A DNA stretch of 64,000 bases from positions 1 to 64,000 of the forward strand of contig CAWJTV010000031.1 in assembly GCA_963845755.1 (NCBI GenBank), in the 5' to 3' direction. Positions 41,501-52,414 of this stretch are shown in pieces; positions within the stretch are counted from its first letter, which is position 1; each line of letters begins with the position of its first letter. The position numbers and the translations under genes were made by a program. The stretch is from an uncultured Planctomycetota bacterium. GTDB taxonomy: Bacteria; Planctomycetota; Planctomycetia; Isosphaerales; Isosphaeraceae. The notes under the pieces were generated by a model that saw only the letters and a list, made by a program, of their open reading frames with translations, was not told where the DNA came from and made no database searches.

Positions 41501-42791
41501 CGGCCTCGACAAGACCGTGAGGCTGTGGGACACCGAGAATGGCCACGAGGTGAAAACCCTCCGCGGCCACACCGACTGGGTCGTCGGCCTCGCGTATAGC
41601 CCGGACGGCCGCACCATCGCGTCCGCCGGCGTCGATAGGACCGTGAGACTGTGGGACGCCAACACCGGGAACGTGCTCCGCACTTTGCGCGGGCACACGG
41701 GTATGGTCTTGAGCGTAGCCTATAGCCCGGACGGCCGGCGCCTCGCCTCGGCCGGGCGGATGGACGGGACCGTGCGGCTTTGGGATGCCGAAAGCGGCGT
41801 CGAGATCCGAACCTTGCGTGGGAACGCGGTCTCGGTCAGCGATGTGGCCTACAGCGCGGACGGCCGCCGCATCGCGGCCGCCGGGGGCGGGACCGTCAGG
41901 CTCTGGAACGCCGATACCGGCCAACTCGTCTTTACGCTGAGCAATCAGGCGAGCACGGCCCGAGGCGTGGCGTTCAGCCCCGACGGGCTCCGCCTCGCCG
42001 CCGCAGCCGGCCAGGCCGTCAAGCTCTGGGATGCGACGCCGCTGTCCGCCGAGTCCCGGACGAATCGAGAGGCCGCGGACCTGGTCGAGTTCCTCTTCGG
42101 CCAGCAGTTACCAACGACCGAAGTCCTGAACCGAATCCGAGACAACCCCACCCTGGATTCGGAGGTGCGCCGCCGTGCGCTGGATCTGGCGGGCCCTTAC
42201 GGCGCAAGTTTGCTGGAACACGAGGCCGAGCGCGTCGTCAACGCCTTGTACGAGACGCTGCTCCGTCCGGCGGTCCGGGCTCGTCTCCTCGCCGACAAGA
42301 CGCTCAGCGAGCCGGTGCGGCGGCGGGCCCTGACTCTGGCCGAGCTGATCCCGGAGTCCGCGTCCCGGCTCAATTCCGTAAGCTGGTCGGTTGTGTCCCA
42401 GCCGGACGCTGCAATGGAGGCGTACCGCCTCGCCCTGGAGCAGGCCGAGACCGCCTGCCGGCTCGTGCCGGACAATGTCAATTTCCTCTACACCCTGGGC
42501 GTGGCCCAATACCGCACGGGGCATTATCGCGAGGCCGTGGCCACGTTGACGGAGTCCGACCGCATCAACTCCGAGGGCCCATCCGGCTCGCAACCTGCGG
42601 ATCTCGCCTTCCGGGCGCTCGCGCATCACCGGCTCGGCGAGCGAGACAGGGCCCGCGCCGACCTCGGCCGCCTGCGTGCCTTAATGAGGAAGCCCGAGTA
42701 CGCCAGCGTCAGCGAGAACCGGTTATTCCTTCGCGAGGCCGAGGCGATCGAACTGGACCTGGCCTTCCCGTCCGACCCATTCGCACGCTGA
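38523..42791 (+). CDS. Ser/Thr protein kinase + TM + 14 WD40 repeats + TPR-like tail
   Basis: GRGGMGVVY, VALK, HRDIKPSN, DFGLAK, YMAPE; 14 x (GH..V..VAYSPDG..LAS...D.TVRLWD); ends AFPSDPFAR. Confidence 0.95.
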   Translation: MSSSTTSGEREPVETLAEEFLDRKRRGEPASAEDYARAHPELADEILGLFPALMTMETLGGDASSGSSSITRVAESPAAGSTTTRVAESPAAGSTTPGRLGEYRILREIGRGGMGVVYEAEQESLGRRVALKVLPGHRLADAKQVRRFQREARSAARLHHTNIVPVFGVGQHDGTHFYVMQFIDGQGLDVILEELRQLRTAPSHEAAGQGTLRQTPRGREAADLASSLAMGRFATQRDGDRPAGLGGALTPPDVTPERPGPEPEPSESATPSPGTQSGISPLSETERSFAEGVARIGIQVADALAYAHAQEILHRDIKPSNLLLDRNGNVWVADFGLAKAAGADDLTHTGDIVGTMRYMAPERFEGAGDARADLYGLGLTLYELLALRPAFPERDRANLIRTVTEADPPRLRKLNPKVPLDLETIVHKAMAREPVQRYATARALAEDLRRFLEGRPILARPTSPLERCWRWCKRNPAVAGLITGIALLLVLGTAVLTSLAIAARRSASKATANAVRADDEARRANEEKRLGDQRLYVAEMGLAQQAWHESQTDQVREHLQAVVPERSEDPDLRGFEWYYLRRLCDATTRTLRGHTGAVWSVAYSPDGRRVVSAGNGDGTVKIWDVGSGQLIRSLAGPTDGVVCVAYSPDGRSIASAGNADKTVRLWDAASGTLFRTLRGHDTSVMSVAFSPDSSRCASAGTDETIRVWDTATGRELRTLRGHSKGINRLAYSPDGRAVATASHDGTVKLWDVDAGVLIRTLNAHPSGAWGVAYSPDGRRVASGGSDKTVRIWDAASGQELLALSGHAGAVHTVAYSPDGRRLASSSIDGTARLWDAVSGRALQTFTGHANVVHFVTFSPDGRRLATCGTEGTIRLWDIVSDQEALTLPWHSGLLNSVVFSPDGRRLASAGSDKTVRLWDTDTGREARILRGHTGSVHVLAYSPVGRQVASAGLDTSVRLWDGESGQVVRVLRGHFGEIYGLAYSPDGRRLASAGLDKTVRLWDTENGHEVKTLRGHTDWVVGLAYSPDGRTIASAGVDRTVRLWDANTGNVLRTLRGHTGMVLSVAYSPDGRRLASAGRMDGTVRLWDAESGVEIRTLRGNAVSVSDVAYSADGRRIAAAGGGTVRLWNADTGQLVFTLSNQASTARGVAFSPDGLRLAAAAGQAVKLWDATPLSAESRTNREAADLVEFLFGQQLPTTEVLNRIRDNPTLDSEVRRRALDLAGPYGASLLEHEAERVVNALYETLLRPAVRARLLADKTLSEPVRRRALTLAELIPESASRLNSVSWSVVSQPDAAMEAYRLALEQAETACRLVPDNVNFLYTLGVAQYRTGHYREAVATLTESDRINSEGPSGSQPADLAFRALAHHRLGERDRARADLGRLRALMRKPEYASVSENRLFLREAEAIELDLAFPSDPFAR
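38732..38809 (+). repeat. 39-bp in-frame tandem duplication (TRVAESPAAGSTT x2)
   Basis: cacccgcgttgccgagtcgcccgcagccggcagcac at 38732 and 38771. Confidence 0.9.
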
Positions 42792-42993
42792 GCGGTCGGG
42801 CCAAACGAAACGAGGGAGTACGCCCCTCTTGGTCTCCGGGCGCAGGCTGAGCGAAACGGACGCAGGCCATTCGTTCGAGCGTTGCGCATTGTCCCGCTTC
42901 GGCGATCCGAACCGTCGGCGCTCGATTCTGAGCATCCGATCGCGTTCCCTCCACTCGCCGGTTCGCGGCCTGCCCATCTTGAGAGAATCGGGC

Positions 42994-45595
42994 TCATCTC
43001 TGCTCTAGCGAGAGCCGGATCGTCTTGATCTCGAACGGACGCAAGTCGATCTTGACAGTGTCCCCCTCGGCCTTCAACTCGCCCTCGGGGTCTTCCAGAA
43101 GATTGGCCATACGCGCCGAGGCGACCTTCGCGTTGAAGGCGATCTTCACTCCCGGGGCCGGTTGACCAGCGGCCTCGTAGAATCGCAAGACCGCGGCTCC
43201 GTCCCGCGCGGGCTTCGAGCGCCGAGACGACGACGTGCGGATTCGAGACCTCGAGCAGGCCCCAGCGAGGTGGCAAGGAACCCTCATGGGAGGTAACCTT
43301 GCGACAGACCAACGGATGATTGAACTCCAGCCCGTCGCGGAAGACGCGGGCTTCGCGCCAATCTCCGGCGTGAGGGAGCAGCGCATAGCGGACCGTCCGC
43401 TCCCGACCCAGTTGGAACCCCGAATCGGAGGACATTCCCGGCTCGTAACCGCCTCCGAATCCATAGGCGCCGAGTGTGTGGGCGCGGAGCAGCGAGATGA
43501 TCATGGTCCCGCCGGTCACCAGGTTGCCGGGAAGTCCGATGTTCAGCAGGGTCAGACCACGCTGGCCGTCGCCGTAATCCACCCAGTTCTGCGCGGGGAA
43601 CTCGATCGCTTGCGGACGCTCGATCGCCCCGAACGGGATCTCGTGAGTGGCCTTTCCTCTCGTAATCGTGGTCGGGAAGAGGACCTGGTAGCGGACGTAC
43701 TTCTCGTTGTTCACCAACCGGGTGGTGACTTCGATCCGGCGCAGCGCCCGGTAGAGGCGGACGGTGGTCGCGAATCGGCCCGTTCCGAACGGGCGCATCA
43801 CCTGGAACTCGGAGAGGACCGGCCCGTTCCTCCAGTTGCCCTGCGTCGGCTTCCCTTCGTCGCTGAAGACCGACTCGCCGCGCCTGGGTAACGGCTGCTG
43901 GGTTGTCATCGCGATCCGGCTGCCGCCGTCGAGTCCCTTGTAGGGCTCCCAGAAATCGCCGCGGTCCTGCTGCCGGGCCACGATATTTCCGCGTCCCGAG
44001 AGGACTTCCCAGTCGCCGGACTTGACCCGTAAGCTGGTCATCGCGCCCGTGTTCGCATCCAGGCTGAGGCGATAAAGGTCGTTCTCGAGCACCGCCCGGG
44101 CGGCAAGATCGGGCCATGCCGGCCTGACTTCGCGACGCGGGGCGATATGATAGGTCCCATATCCCATGGCCGGGACGTCCCGGGCGACGAACGCGAGGCG
44201 CGCGGTCTTCAGGCCGCCGTCGGCATACCGGGTCGCTTCGAGGATCTGGACCGGTTCCTCCTGCCCGCCAGGCCCGATCACCTGGACGTCAGCAACTCCT
44301 CCTTCGCCAAAGCCGACTTCAACCTCGGCGATGTCCGAGCGGGTCCACCCCAGGGGATTGAACGCGACGACGGCCGCACCCGGGCCTCGCGTGTCGATCC
44401 GCGACGCCAGGACCTCCCAGGCGCGAATCGATCAGCTCCTCAGAACGGCGTTTCGCATATTCGTAGCTACGGATCGTGTCGTCATAGACGAGGTCGGTCA
44501 TCACGCCGGAGGCCAGGTCGTGCGTTTGGTTGAAGAGTACAGGCTCCCAGGTCGCCAGGATCGAACCGGGATCGGCGGTCGAGCCCAGCCAGGCCGCGAT
44601 CGTGCTGAGCTTCTCCGCCGTGAGCAATTGCCGCTCCATCACCCGCATCCATGTCTTCAGCTCGATCCGACTGCTGTAGATGCCCTGGAAGATCGGGTTC
44701 AGCTCTCCCTTGAATACCGGCCGGTCGCCGCGCCGGATACGACGGCCTCGAAATCGGCGGGCACCGACATCTTAATCGCGAATCGCGCCTTGGAGTCCTT
44801 GTTGAACAACTCGAGGAGCGGAACCAGGTGCTCCTCCGGTTCCGAGACGTCGGCACCGGACAGGCCGACGCGGTCTCGATTATTCCGGCTATTCGGCGTC
44901 AGGGCTTCGAATCGCGCCTCGGCTGCCTCGCCGAATGCGGCGGCGTCGTTGCGATTGGGATAGAAGAGTCCATAACCGTGGGGAAGCCAGAAAGCGGCGA
45001 TGCGCGTGCCGTCGATTCCTTCCCAGAAGAACTCGGAGGGATGGTCCTGCTTGGGCACGCCGCGGAAGAACCAGAAGCTCTTGTAGCCGCCGAGTGTGAG
45101 GAGCTGTGGGATCTGGGCGTGGTGCCCGAACGTGTCAAGCAGCCATCCCGTCGTCACGTCGACTCCGAGCTTGTCGCGATAGTATCCCTTGCCGTACTGC
45201 ATCTGCCGGATGAATGTCTCTCCGCCGGGCATGTTATCATCGGGCATCACGTCGAACGCACCGGCGACCTGCAACCGACCCTCGGCCAGAAACCGCCGGA
45301 AATCCGCCTCCTCGGACGGGTACCGCTCCAGGAACGGCCGGACATACGCGACCTGGTCTAGCGTGAACCGGAAGCCGGGCTGCTCTCTCAAGAGCCGCAT
45401 CGCTTTGAGGATGTTGGGCAGGCCCATTTCGAGGTACTCATCTCGCGTCTTGAAGACCGCCCCTTCCCAGTGCGTGTGGGGGATGAGCCACAAGGTCTCT
45501 TTCTTCGGGCTCGCATTTCGCGGAACTTGAGCCGGGGCCGAGCCTGCGAGAAACCAGAGACCACAGGCGGCGATCAGGCATGGTCGAAGGCACAT
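42994..45595 (-). CDS. GH38 alpha-mannosidase-like glycoside hydrolase (several frameshifts)
   Basis: IPHTHWE, WLLDTFGH, FFWEGIDGT, NQTHD, EIPFGAIER and LRPFEIKT spread over consecutive ORFs; signal peptide. Confidence 0.85.
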
Positions 45596-45689
45596 GAAAG
45601 AATCCTCGGGGTCGATTGGAGAGGCGAGCGTCGCGGAGACCCGCCGCGAATCATCGATGGTCCGCGGTTCTTCTCCGGTACGTCGGCGT

Positions 45690-47796
45690 TTAGCGACGGA
45701 AGGTGATCCGAAGCTCGGTCGGCGTCTTGATCGTCGTATCCAGCCAGAGTGTCCGTCCGTCCCAGGCATAGGCACGAGACTCCAGCGCGCCGCCCTGCCA
45801 GCATAACCCGAACCTCGCCGGCAGGGACATGGTCGAGCTCGAAGACCGGATTCACGAATGGCACGTCCGGCTTGATCGTGACCGCCAGGTCTTGGCCCTC
45901 CACGACCAGCCGGATCGCGCGGCGCTCGGGGGCATAGCTCTCGAACTCGAGCCGGGCGACCCGAAGCGATTCGATCGTCGGCGGCTTCGCGAAGCTTTTC
46001 GCCCGCTCGCGGAGCGGATTGTCCGGCTCGTCGGACATGCCAATCAGCCAGGCCCATCGCCGCAGGACCATAGGCCGGGACCGGCCCAACGTATCGAGGG
46101 TGAGCAGGTTTTCGGTACTCAGCGGCGCGGGCCGGGTGCCGGCCCAGCTCATGACGCTGTTGTGGCAAGGCGTCAACGCCATGCGGTCGTCGATCGTCCG
46201 ACCGGTCGAGTTCCCGCGTGCCAGCGGCCAGTGGCTGCCCCAGTAGCACGGGGTGACCATCTCACCTTGGTCGAAGAATGGCGCGAAGACCACCGGCGGT
46301 AGTTTCGTCTCGTTCGGATTGAAGTACACCGCCGCGAGCTCCTCATCCTTCTCGAGTCGCAAGCGATAGATCGCCGGAACGTCGCCGGGATCGGGCTGAT
46401 TGGCCGGCCTTGCCACGGGGTTCGGAAATCGGAATGTGTGCTTCCGACCGTCGAGGAACAGGGCGTCAACCGGCTCGTCCGGTAGGACGTCGAAAGGGTA
46501 CGTTCCCTGAGGCGTCAGGATGATGAACTCGCTCAGCTCGTAATCGTTCTTGGGGTCGGCTTTGAGGTTCACGACCCGGGTACCGAACCCGTCGGGATAG
46601 AAGTAATAGTCCTCGAGGGCGGCGTCGCCCCAGACCTTGTAATTGAAGTCGGTGGACTGGTAGCTCCATCGGACGTGGACGCGGGCCTCGGTCGACTCGA
46701 CGATCTCGACGCGGCTGTAGCGCAGCTCCTTGTCCATGAGGGGCTCGACGCAATCCACAGAACCTGTCGGCTGCGAGATGATCTCGGCCCACTCGTAGCT
46801 GGCGCCAGTATTGTGCTTACCCACCCAGAATGGGATGTAACTGGAACCGCGCCAGAACACGAACCGCGCCCCGTTCGGCAGCCAGACAACCACGTCCTGG
46901 AGATCGGGCTTCCATCCTTTTTCATACGACATCGTCGCGAAACGGCCGGTCTTGGGGTCGCGAACCGAGATGGGAGCATCGTACCGGATCCGCTCATAGG
47001 TGGCCCCAAATCGTGGATGTTGCGGCCGTTTCGCGACCAGCATGACCGGGATGGCCTTTGACCAGACGGGTCGAGTCTTCTCCTGGAAGACGATCCAGAG
47101 TACATCTCGTTCCCGGGGCGGCGCGGGTAGGGTGACATCGATACGCCGCTGAACTCGGACCCCGGCGCGAAGCGGCATCGGGGCGGTCTGGAAGCTCGCC
47201 GGCTCGGATTCATAGAACACTTTCAGCTCACCCTGGGACCGGTCCCGAACCCTGTTGATCGCCGCGACCTCAAGCGTGGCCGACTGGTCCGGTCCCAGGA
47301 GGAGCCATCCGGACGGGACCAGGATCGTGCCCAGGTCAACCGGATTGACGATCCGGGCCGGACGGGCGATCGCATCGACTTCCACGTCCGCGACTTCGAC
47401 CGGCTTTCGGACCAACTCGATCGGCCTGGCTCGCTCGTTGTCGGACACCACCGAGAGGATCAGCTCATCGCCGGAACCCGCGAGCGTGACGCGGGCGGCG
47501 TAGGGGGGATCCGTCGGGAATCGCACCTCGTGCTCGCCGACGACGTTCCCGCGATTCCGCACACTCAGAACATACCGCGTCCCCTCGGGTCGCTCGGATG
47601 CCTGAATCATGACCGTGACCGGCCGGCCGACCCTTTCGAGGCCGAACGGCGGGCGCCAGGGATGGCTGCTCTCGAGTCGAATCTGATAATTGATTTCAGG
47701 CTTCGACGGCTCCGCGACGACTTCGACCCTCATCAGCCAGGGCGTGAGCAGAACCACCAGTACGACGACCTTCCTCGGTGCGATTCGACGACGCAC
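45690..47796 (-). CDS. Secreted hypothetical protein, beta-rich (frameshift near 45780)
   Basis: Long ORF with signal peptide, co-oriented with and just upstream of the GH38 gene. Confidence 0.7.
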
Positions 47797-48062
47797 GCTC
47801 GTACCTCCTCACCGGCGCGACATCCTGCGCAATCGACTCACGATGAGCTGGCTCACGGATGCGCCGCCCAATATCGATCCGTCCGTTGTAGCTCCCGACG
47901 ACCGGTCTCGCCAGTCTTGTTCGGCGCGTAGGGAGCCCGGCGGAGTCTCCGAAAGGTTCGAGACGATCCGGAGAGCAGGGAGCCGAAGCTGGCGGGCAAG
48001 GGTCTGGCCCCCTGTCGCGGTCGGCCCTCCGTCCCGGTCGTCGCGCGTTCGAGGCCAACTGG

Positions 48063-48570
48063 TCAGTTCTGGTCAAGCCAGTTGACCGCTGAGGTCGAGC
48101 GCGGGTCCTCCATGATCTTCGGCGACATAGTAATGGTTGGCACGGGTCGGATAGACGACCGGCGAGAGGATCGGAAGATTGGGATACGATGAGGCCACTC
48201 CTTGCGCCGGCCGTATGACTCCATCATACCCCCGAGAATAGACCACGACAGGGGCCGTGACCGAGCGGAACGGGGAGAACGGTCCATAAAGCGCCATGGT
48301 TTGATCGCCGTAGATGCCCATCGGCGAGTAGCCTCCCGCGACCGGGTAGGCTCCCCCGATCGTGACGGCGGGAGTCGGCATGAAGGTTCCGAGCGGGGCG
48401 GGTTGGGCCGCGCCCGGCGCATAGACCGGCCGCGCACGGTTCACGACCAACGCGCGGCGCGCACGGCGAGAACCATGATCCGCCCTCGCCGAATCCAACA
48501 ATCCGATCGAGGGAAAGGCCACGGACGCCACGAGCAAGGCACGGAAGTACAATCGAGCAGATCGGGACAT
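48063..48570 (-). CDS. Secreted Pro/Tyr/Gly-rich hypothetical protein (frameshift near 48120)
   Basis: AGGAGG RBS, signal peptide ending ARA, low-complexity body. Confidence 0.6.
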
Positions 48571-48965
48571 GGATCCTCCTAAAGGTTGCAAGTCCAGGGT
48601 GCGAGTACGGAAGGTCTCCGTCGTCGCATCGACCGGTGATCTTGAGGAAATCTACCCGATGAATGTCCTACGTGCGCGGATTCTCAAGTCTGAGGGGGCC
48701 GCGCCTGGGTTGAGCGCGTGAAAGCATAGAGACGATCACCCGGCACGCTGACGGACGTCGAGCGGTCAACCCCGAATATGAGAAAGAATTGGGATACGAT
48801 TCAAAGTTCAACAAGATACAATGAACGCAAAACCCTGCCTGGCGAGGATTTGCACCCATCTCGAATTCTGCATTCGGAGTTTTGAATCGATTCTTTCACC
48901 GCCTCTCGGGACGATGAGCCAGTCTTCATTTTCGTGAGCCGCAGGCAACGCCAGCGATATCCGTT

Positions 48966-49508
48966 CTAGTTCGAGGCCCGACTGCGGCCGAGAAGGCCAT
49001 GAAGTTCATCCACAATCCCAGTAATGCAGCCACCCAACGGGGAATGGAGCAGATCGTGGAGTTTGGACATCAATTCCCCTTCGCGCACGTAAGGGGCTTC
49101 ATAGTTGTGGTTCTTGGCCTTGACCGTGGCCTCTCGAGAGAATCGAGAGTCATCCACCCCAGCAGGAGACAAAGAGGGGAAATTCGAAGAATTGGGAAGA
49201 GAGATTGGTCCCCCTTCCGAAGGGACCCACCCCAGGTTCGTGCGAGCCGGTCGTGCCGGCAGTGATCGATCGGCGACGGATGGAGACGGTTCCACGTCCA
49301 CGTCGCCTCCCAGGAGATCCTCCATCGGGACTTCCAGGGCCAAAGCAATGCGCCTGAGCGTTCCGGCTCGGGGTAGTCCGGTCTTGCCGCTTTCGATCTG
49401 ATAGAGAGCCGTCCGAGAGATCTCGGCGCGGCTGGCGAGCTCGTCGGGACCCCAGCCCTTGGAATAGCGGAAGTCCCTCACACGTTGAGCTAACGACATC
49501 GTAGACAT
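48966..49508 (-). CDS. XRE-family HTH regulator with a long C-terminal extension
   Basis: LAQRVRDFRYSKGWGPDELASRAEISRTALYQIESGKT.PRAGTL. Confidence 0.9.
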   Translation of the reverse strand: MSTMSLAQRVRDFRYSKGWGPDELASRAEISRTALYQIESGKTGLPRAGTLRRIALALEVPMEDLLGGDVDVEPSPSVADRSLPARPARTNLGWVPSEGGPISLPNSSNFPSLSPAGVDDSRFSREATVKAKNHNYEAPYVREGELMSKLHDLLHSPLGGCITGIVDELHGLLGRSRASN

Positions 49509-49629
49509 GCCTCTGCGTTGAGGTACGGATCGCTTGGAATCTCAATCCTTGATGACACACTCTGACTGGAACGCACCCAGGACCCTCTCTCCGCTTGGCG
49601 GAGAAGACGAGCCGGGACCAGCGTGCGGA

Positions 49630-49658
49630 AATTTACAAAACTCTCGCTTCCGTGTCAA
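49630..49658 (-). promoter_or_regulatory. Sigma70-type promoter for the XRE gene
   Basis: TTGACA, 17 bp spacer, TAAATT on the minus strand. Confidence 0.55.
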
Positions 49659-50151
49659 GCCGATCTTGCTGGAGAGAAAAAAGCGATACTCCGAATTGCA
49701 TCGTCAGACTCATCCAAACCAAGGATTTCTTTTCTCCATGTGATGGGCGCGATTGGAGCAGAATTCCGCTTATTTGGGGCGTGAGATGCCGGCCGCAAAC
49801 GAGGTGGTCAGGCCACGATGTTCCCGTCCGGATTGATTTGCATAAAAATCCACTGTTTCGTTATGTTACCGGTATGGGGAATCGGCGTCAATCCGGAACG
49901 AGCGGTCCTCATCAGGGGTGAAGGAAGTCATCGGGTTGGGCGCGTGCACCCTCATCACGAACTTGTTGCGTCCGGGGGACTTAAGGGTTAGCCTGATTAG
50001 CTCGGGGAGTGTCCGTTCATGGCGAGCGGCGATTGGCATCGCCAAATGACCAAACATCGGAGATACTCGGTACTCCAGAGCGCCGACCGGAAGCTCCACC
50101 GGGTGAGTCGAGGCCCGCCTCTCCCGGATCGACTGTGAGGGAGTCCTATCG

Positions 50152-50880
50152 ATGATCGACATGTCGTGTCCTCGTTGCGGGGCAGGGGGGCGCGTCCCTC
50201 GTGAGAAGATGAACGCGCGGTTGGTCTGCAAGAAATGCCTCCAGGTGTTCCACTTGACGCCGAGCGGTCAAGCAGTGATCGGTGAGCCACCGGCGCCGAA
50301 GCACGTACCAAAGGAGCGTGCGCCGCGGGAGCGGATCGAGTTCGACACCTCGTCGCTGGAGGGCCTCGGGAAGACACTTTCCAAGATCCGGCTTCCGGAC
50401 CCCAAGATCCTCGGTGTCGCCGCCGCGGTCTTCGGCCTCATCGGAATTGCCTACTGGATCTTCTCCCGAGAATCCGTCGAAACCCGGTCCAAGATCATGG
50501 CGAGGGCCATCAGCCAGGGGGACGTCGGCAAGATCATGGAACTGTCGCTCCCGGAGACCGTCAGGGAAGCCATGACCTGGGGCAACGAGATCTACAGTCA
50601 GTATGCCGATCTCAAGATCAGCATGGGGGGGCGAGACCCGAGGGTGCAGATCCAGGTGCAGAATAGCGCCGACGGGAATTCGGCCCAGGCCCTGGTCGTC
50701 TACTCGCGAGAGGGTGGCCAGCTCGCCGGCCGGGTCAGTACACCGGATCTCGAGCCACCGAAGCCCACGAAATCCGGCAAGGACACGATCGAGATCGTCC
50801 TGTTCTGGGCCCCCGATACCTGGGGAACCTGGTGCCTCGACGCCAAGCGGACGTCCGAGAACGCGGCACGAGACCAGTAA
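50152..50880 (+). CDS. Zinc-ribbon + single-TM hypothetical protein
   Basis: CPRC...CKKC at the N-terminus; hydrophobic ILGVAAAVFGLIGIAYWIF. Confidence 0.75.
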   Translation: MIDMSCPRCGAGGRVPREKMNARLVCKKCLQVFHLTPSGQAVIGEPPAPKHVPKERAPRERIEFDTSSLEGLGKTLSKIRLPDPKILGVAAAVFGLIGIAYWIFSRESVETRSKIMARAISQGDVGKIMELSLPETVREAMTWGNEIYSQYADLKISMGGRDPRVQIQVQNSADGNSAQALVVYSREGGQLAGRVSTPDLEPPKPTKSGKDTIEIVLFWAPDTWGTWCLDAKRTSENAARDQ

Positions 50881-51362
50881 GACCGGAGGAGGCTGTTGGC
50901 GGGCAGGAGGTCGATCGCGGTCGCCGATGCCGGGAACGGTCCCGCGTGTTCGACCCTCGCTTGACGGCCGGATCGTTGGAGGCTACGATCCTGGAATCAT
51001 TAGCTTTAGGTCGATCCAGTCGTTGCGCCCCCCAGCTCGCAGCTTCCCCACTTCGCGTTGCGGCGGATCAACCGTTCGATCGACGGATCGGCGCCGCGGC
51101 TGACCGATGGAAGGCGGGGCGCGGGGTCATTGACAATTTCAGCCGATCTCGGCGGCGTCACGCCCGAGCGCACCTGGAAGAATCGGATTGGATCGATTCC
51201 TTCGCAGCCGCTGAGCCGTCTGGGTCCAACTCGGATCGTCGCCTGAAAGGACCGGAGCCGCGGGCGCCCTGGAGCTGAGCGGGGCTCCGGGGCGCATGTT
51301 CCCGACAAGGGCCGTTGGATCCGGGCGGCTCGCCGAGTCAAGTGAGGTGGGAACTTAAGCCG

Positions 51363-52244
51363 ATGCACTCATTCGATGACTTCCCCGGGATCGTGAAGAC
51401 CGATGAGCCCCTGGCCCATCGGGTCTGGTTCCGATTGGGTGGACCGGCCGCCTTTTTCGCCTGCCCCCGACAGCTCGACGAACTGATCGCTCTGCTCAAG
51501 CGCTGCCGCCACGAAGGGATCGCATTCAAGATCCTCGGCGGCGGTTCGAACGTGCTGGTCCGCGACGAGGGGGTCCAGGCTCTGGTCATCCTGCTGGAGA
51601 GCCCGTTCTTCTCCGACATCCTCGTGCGCGATCAGATCGTGGAAGCCGGCGCAGCGGTCCCACTGACTGCGCTGATCTCCCATTCGGCCCGTGCGGGATT
51701 GGCCGGCCTGGAGATGCTCACCGGTATCCCTGGCACGGTAGGCGGGGCCCTGCGCGGGAATGCCGGTGGCCGCCAGGGTGCCATCGGCCAGTTCGTCCGC
51801 CGGGCGACGGTCCTCGACCCGAGCGATGAGATTGTCGTCCGCGAGCGCGACGACCTCAGCTTCGTGAACCGCGATTCTAACCTCGATGAGCCCGTGATCT
51901 TGTCGGCCGAGTTCGAGCTCGAACCCGAGGATCCCGAATCGGTCGTCCGGCGGATGCGGCGGATCTGGATCATCAAGAAGGAGAACCAGCCCTACGGGCA
52001 CCAGTTGTCGGGCTGTATCTTCAAGAACCCCGCCACCGACGTCTCGGCCGGGGCGCTCATCGACCAGGCGGGCCTCAAAGGGACGCGATATGGCGGTGCC
52101 GAGGTCTCCGACCGCCACGCCAACTTCATCATCGCCCATCCGGGCGCCAAGGCGGCCGATATCCTCCAGCTCATCGATCGGATTCGTCAGCGCGTCTGGC
52201 AGCAATTTGGTTACGAGTTGGAACTCCAGATCCAAGTCTGGTAG
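51363..52244 (+). CDS. murB: UDP-N-acetylenolpyruvoylglucosamine reductase
   Basis: GGGSNVLV, GIPGTVGGALRGNAG, SGCIFKNP, HANFII. Confidence 0.93.
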   Translation: MHSFDDFPGIVKTDEPLAHRVWFRLGGPAAFFACPRQLDELIALLKRCRHEGIAFKILGGGSNVLVRDEGVQALVILLESPFFSDILVRDQIVEAGAAVPLTALISHSARAGLAGLEMLTGIPGTVGGALRGNAGGRQGAIGQFVRRATVLDPSDEIVVRERDDLSFVNRDSNLDEPVILSAEFELEPEDPESVVRRMRRIWIIKKENQPYGHQLSGCIFKNPATDVSAGALIDQAGLKGTRYGGAEVSDRHANFIIAHPGAKAADILQLIDRIRQRVWQQFGYELELQIQVW

Positions 52245-52414
52245 AATCTTCGAGGAAGTCTTTCGAATCCCAGTCTCCGGTCCGTGGTTCTCCCGCCTCA
52301 CCCTTCTCGACGTCAGCCGCCACGATCCGGCGCGGTCGCGGAGAACCTGGACGGTCGCCAACCGCACGCCTTTCCGGCGGAGGATCGCTCACGTTCAGGG
52401 GGAAGGCCCAACTC

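Noticed and set aside
40008..41924. 638-aa minus-strand repetitive ORF
   Set aside because: Antisense shadow of the WD40 repeats.
50881..51362. 480-bp gap before murB as a missing mur gene or ncRNA
   Set aside because: No recognisable protein motif or RNA family. GC-rich hairpins here are expected by chance.
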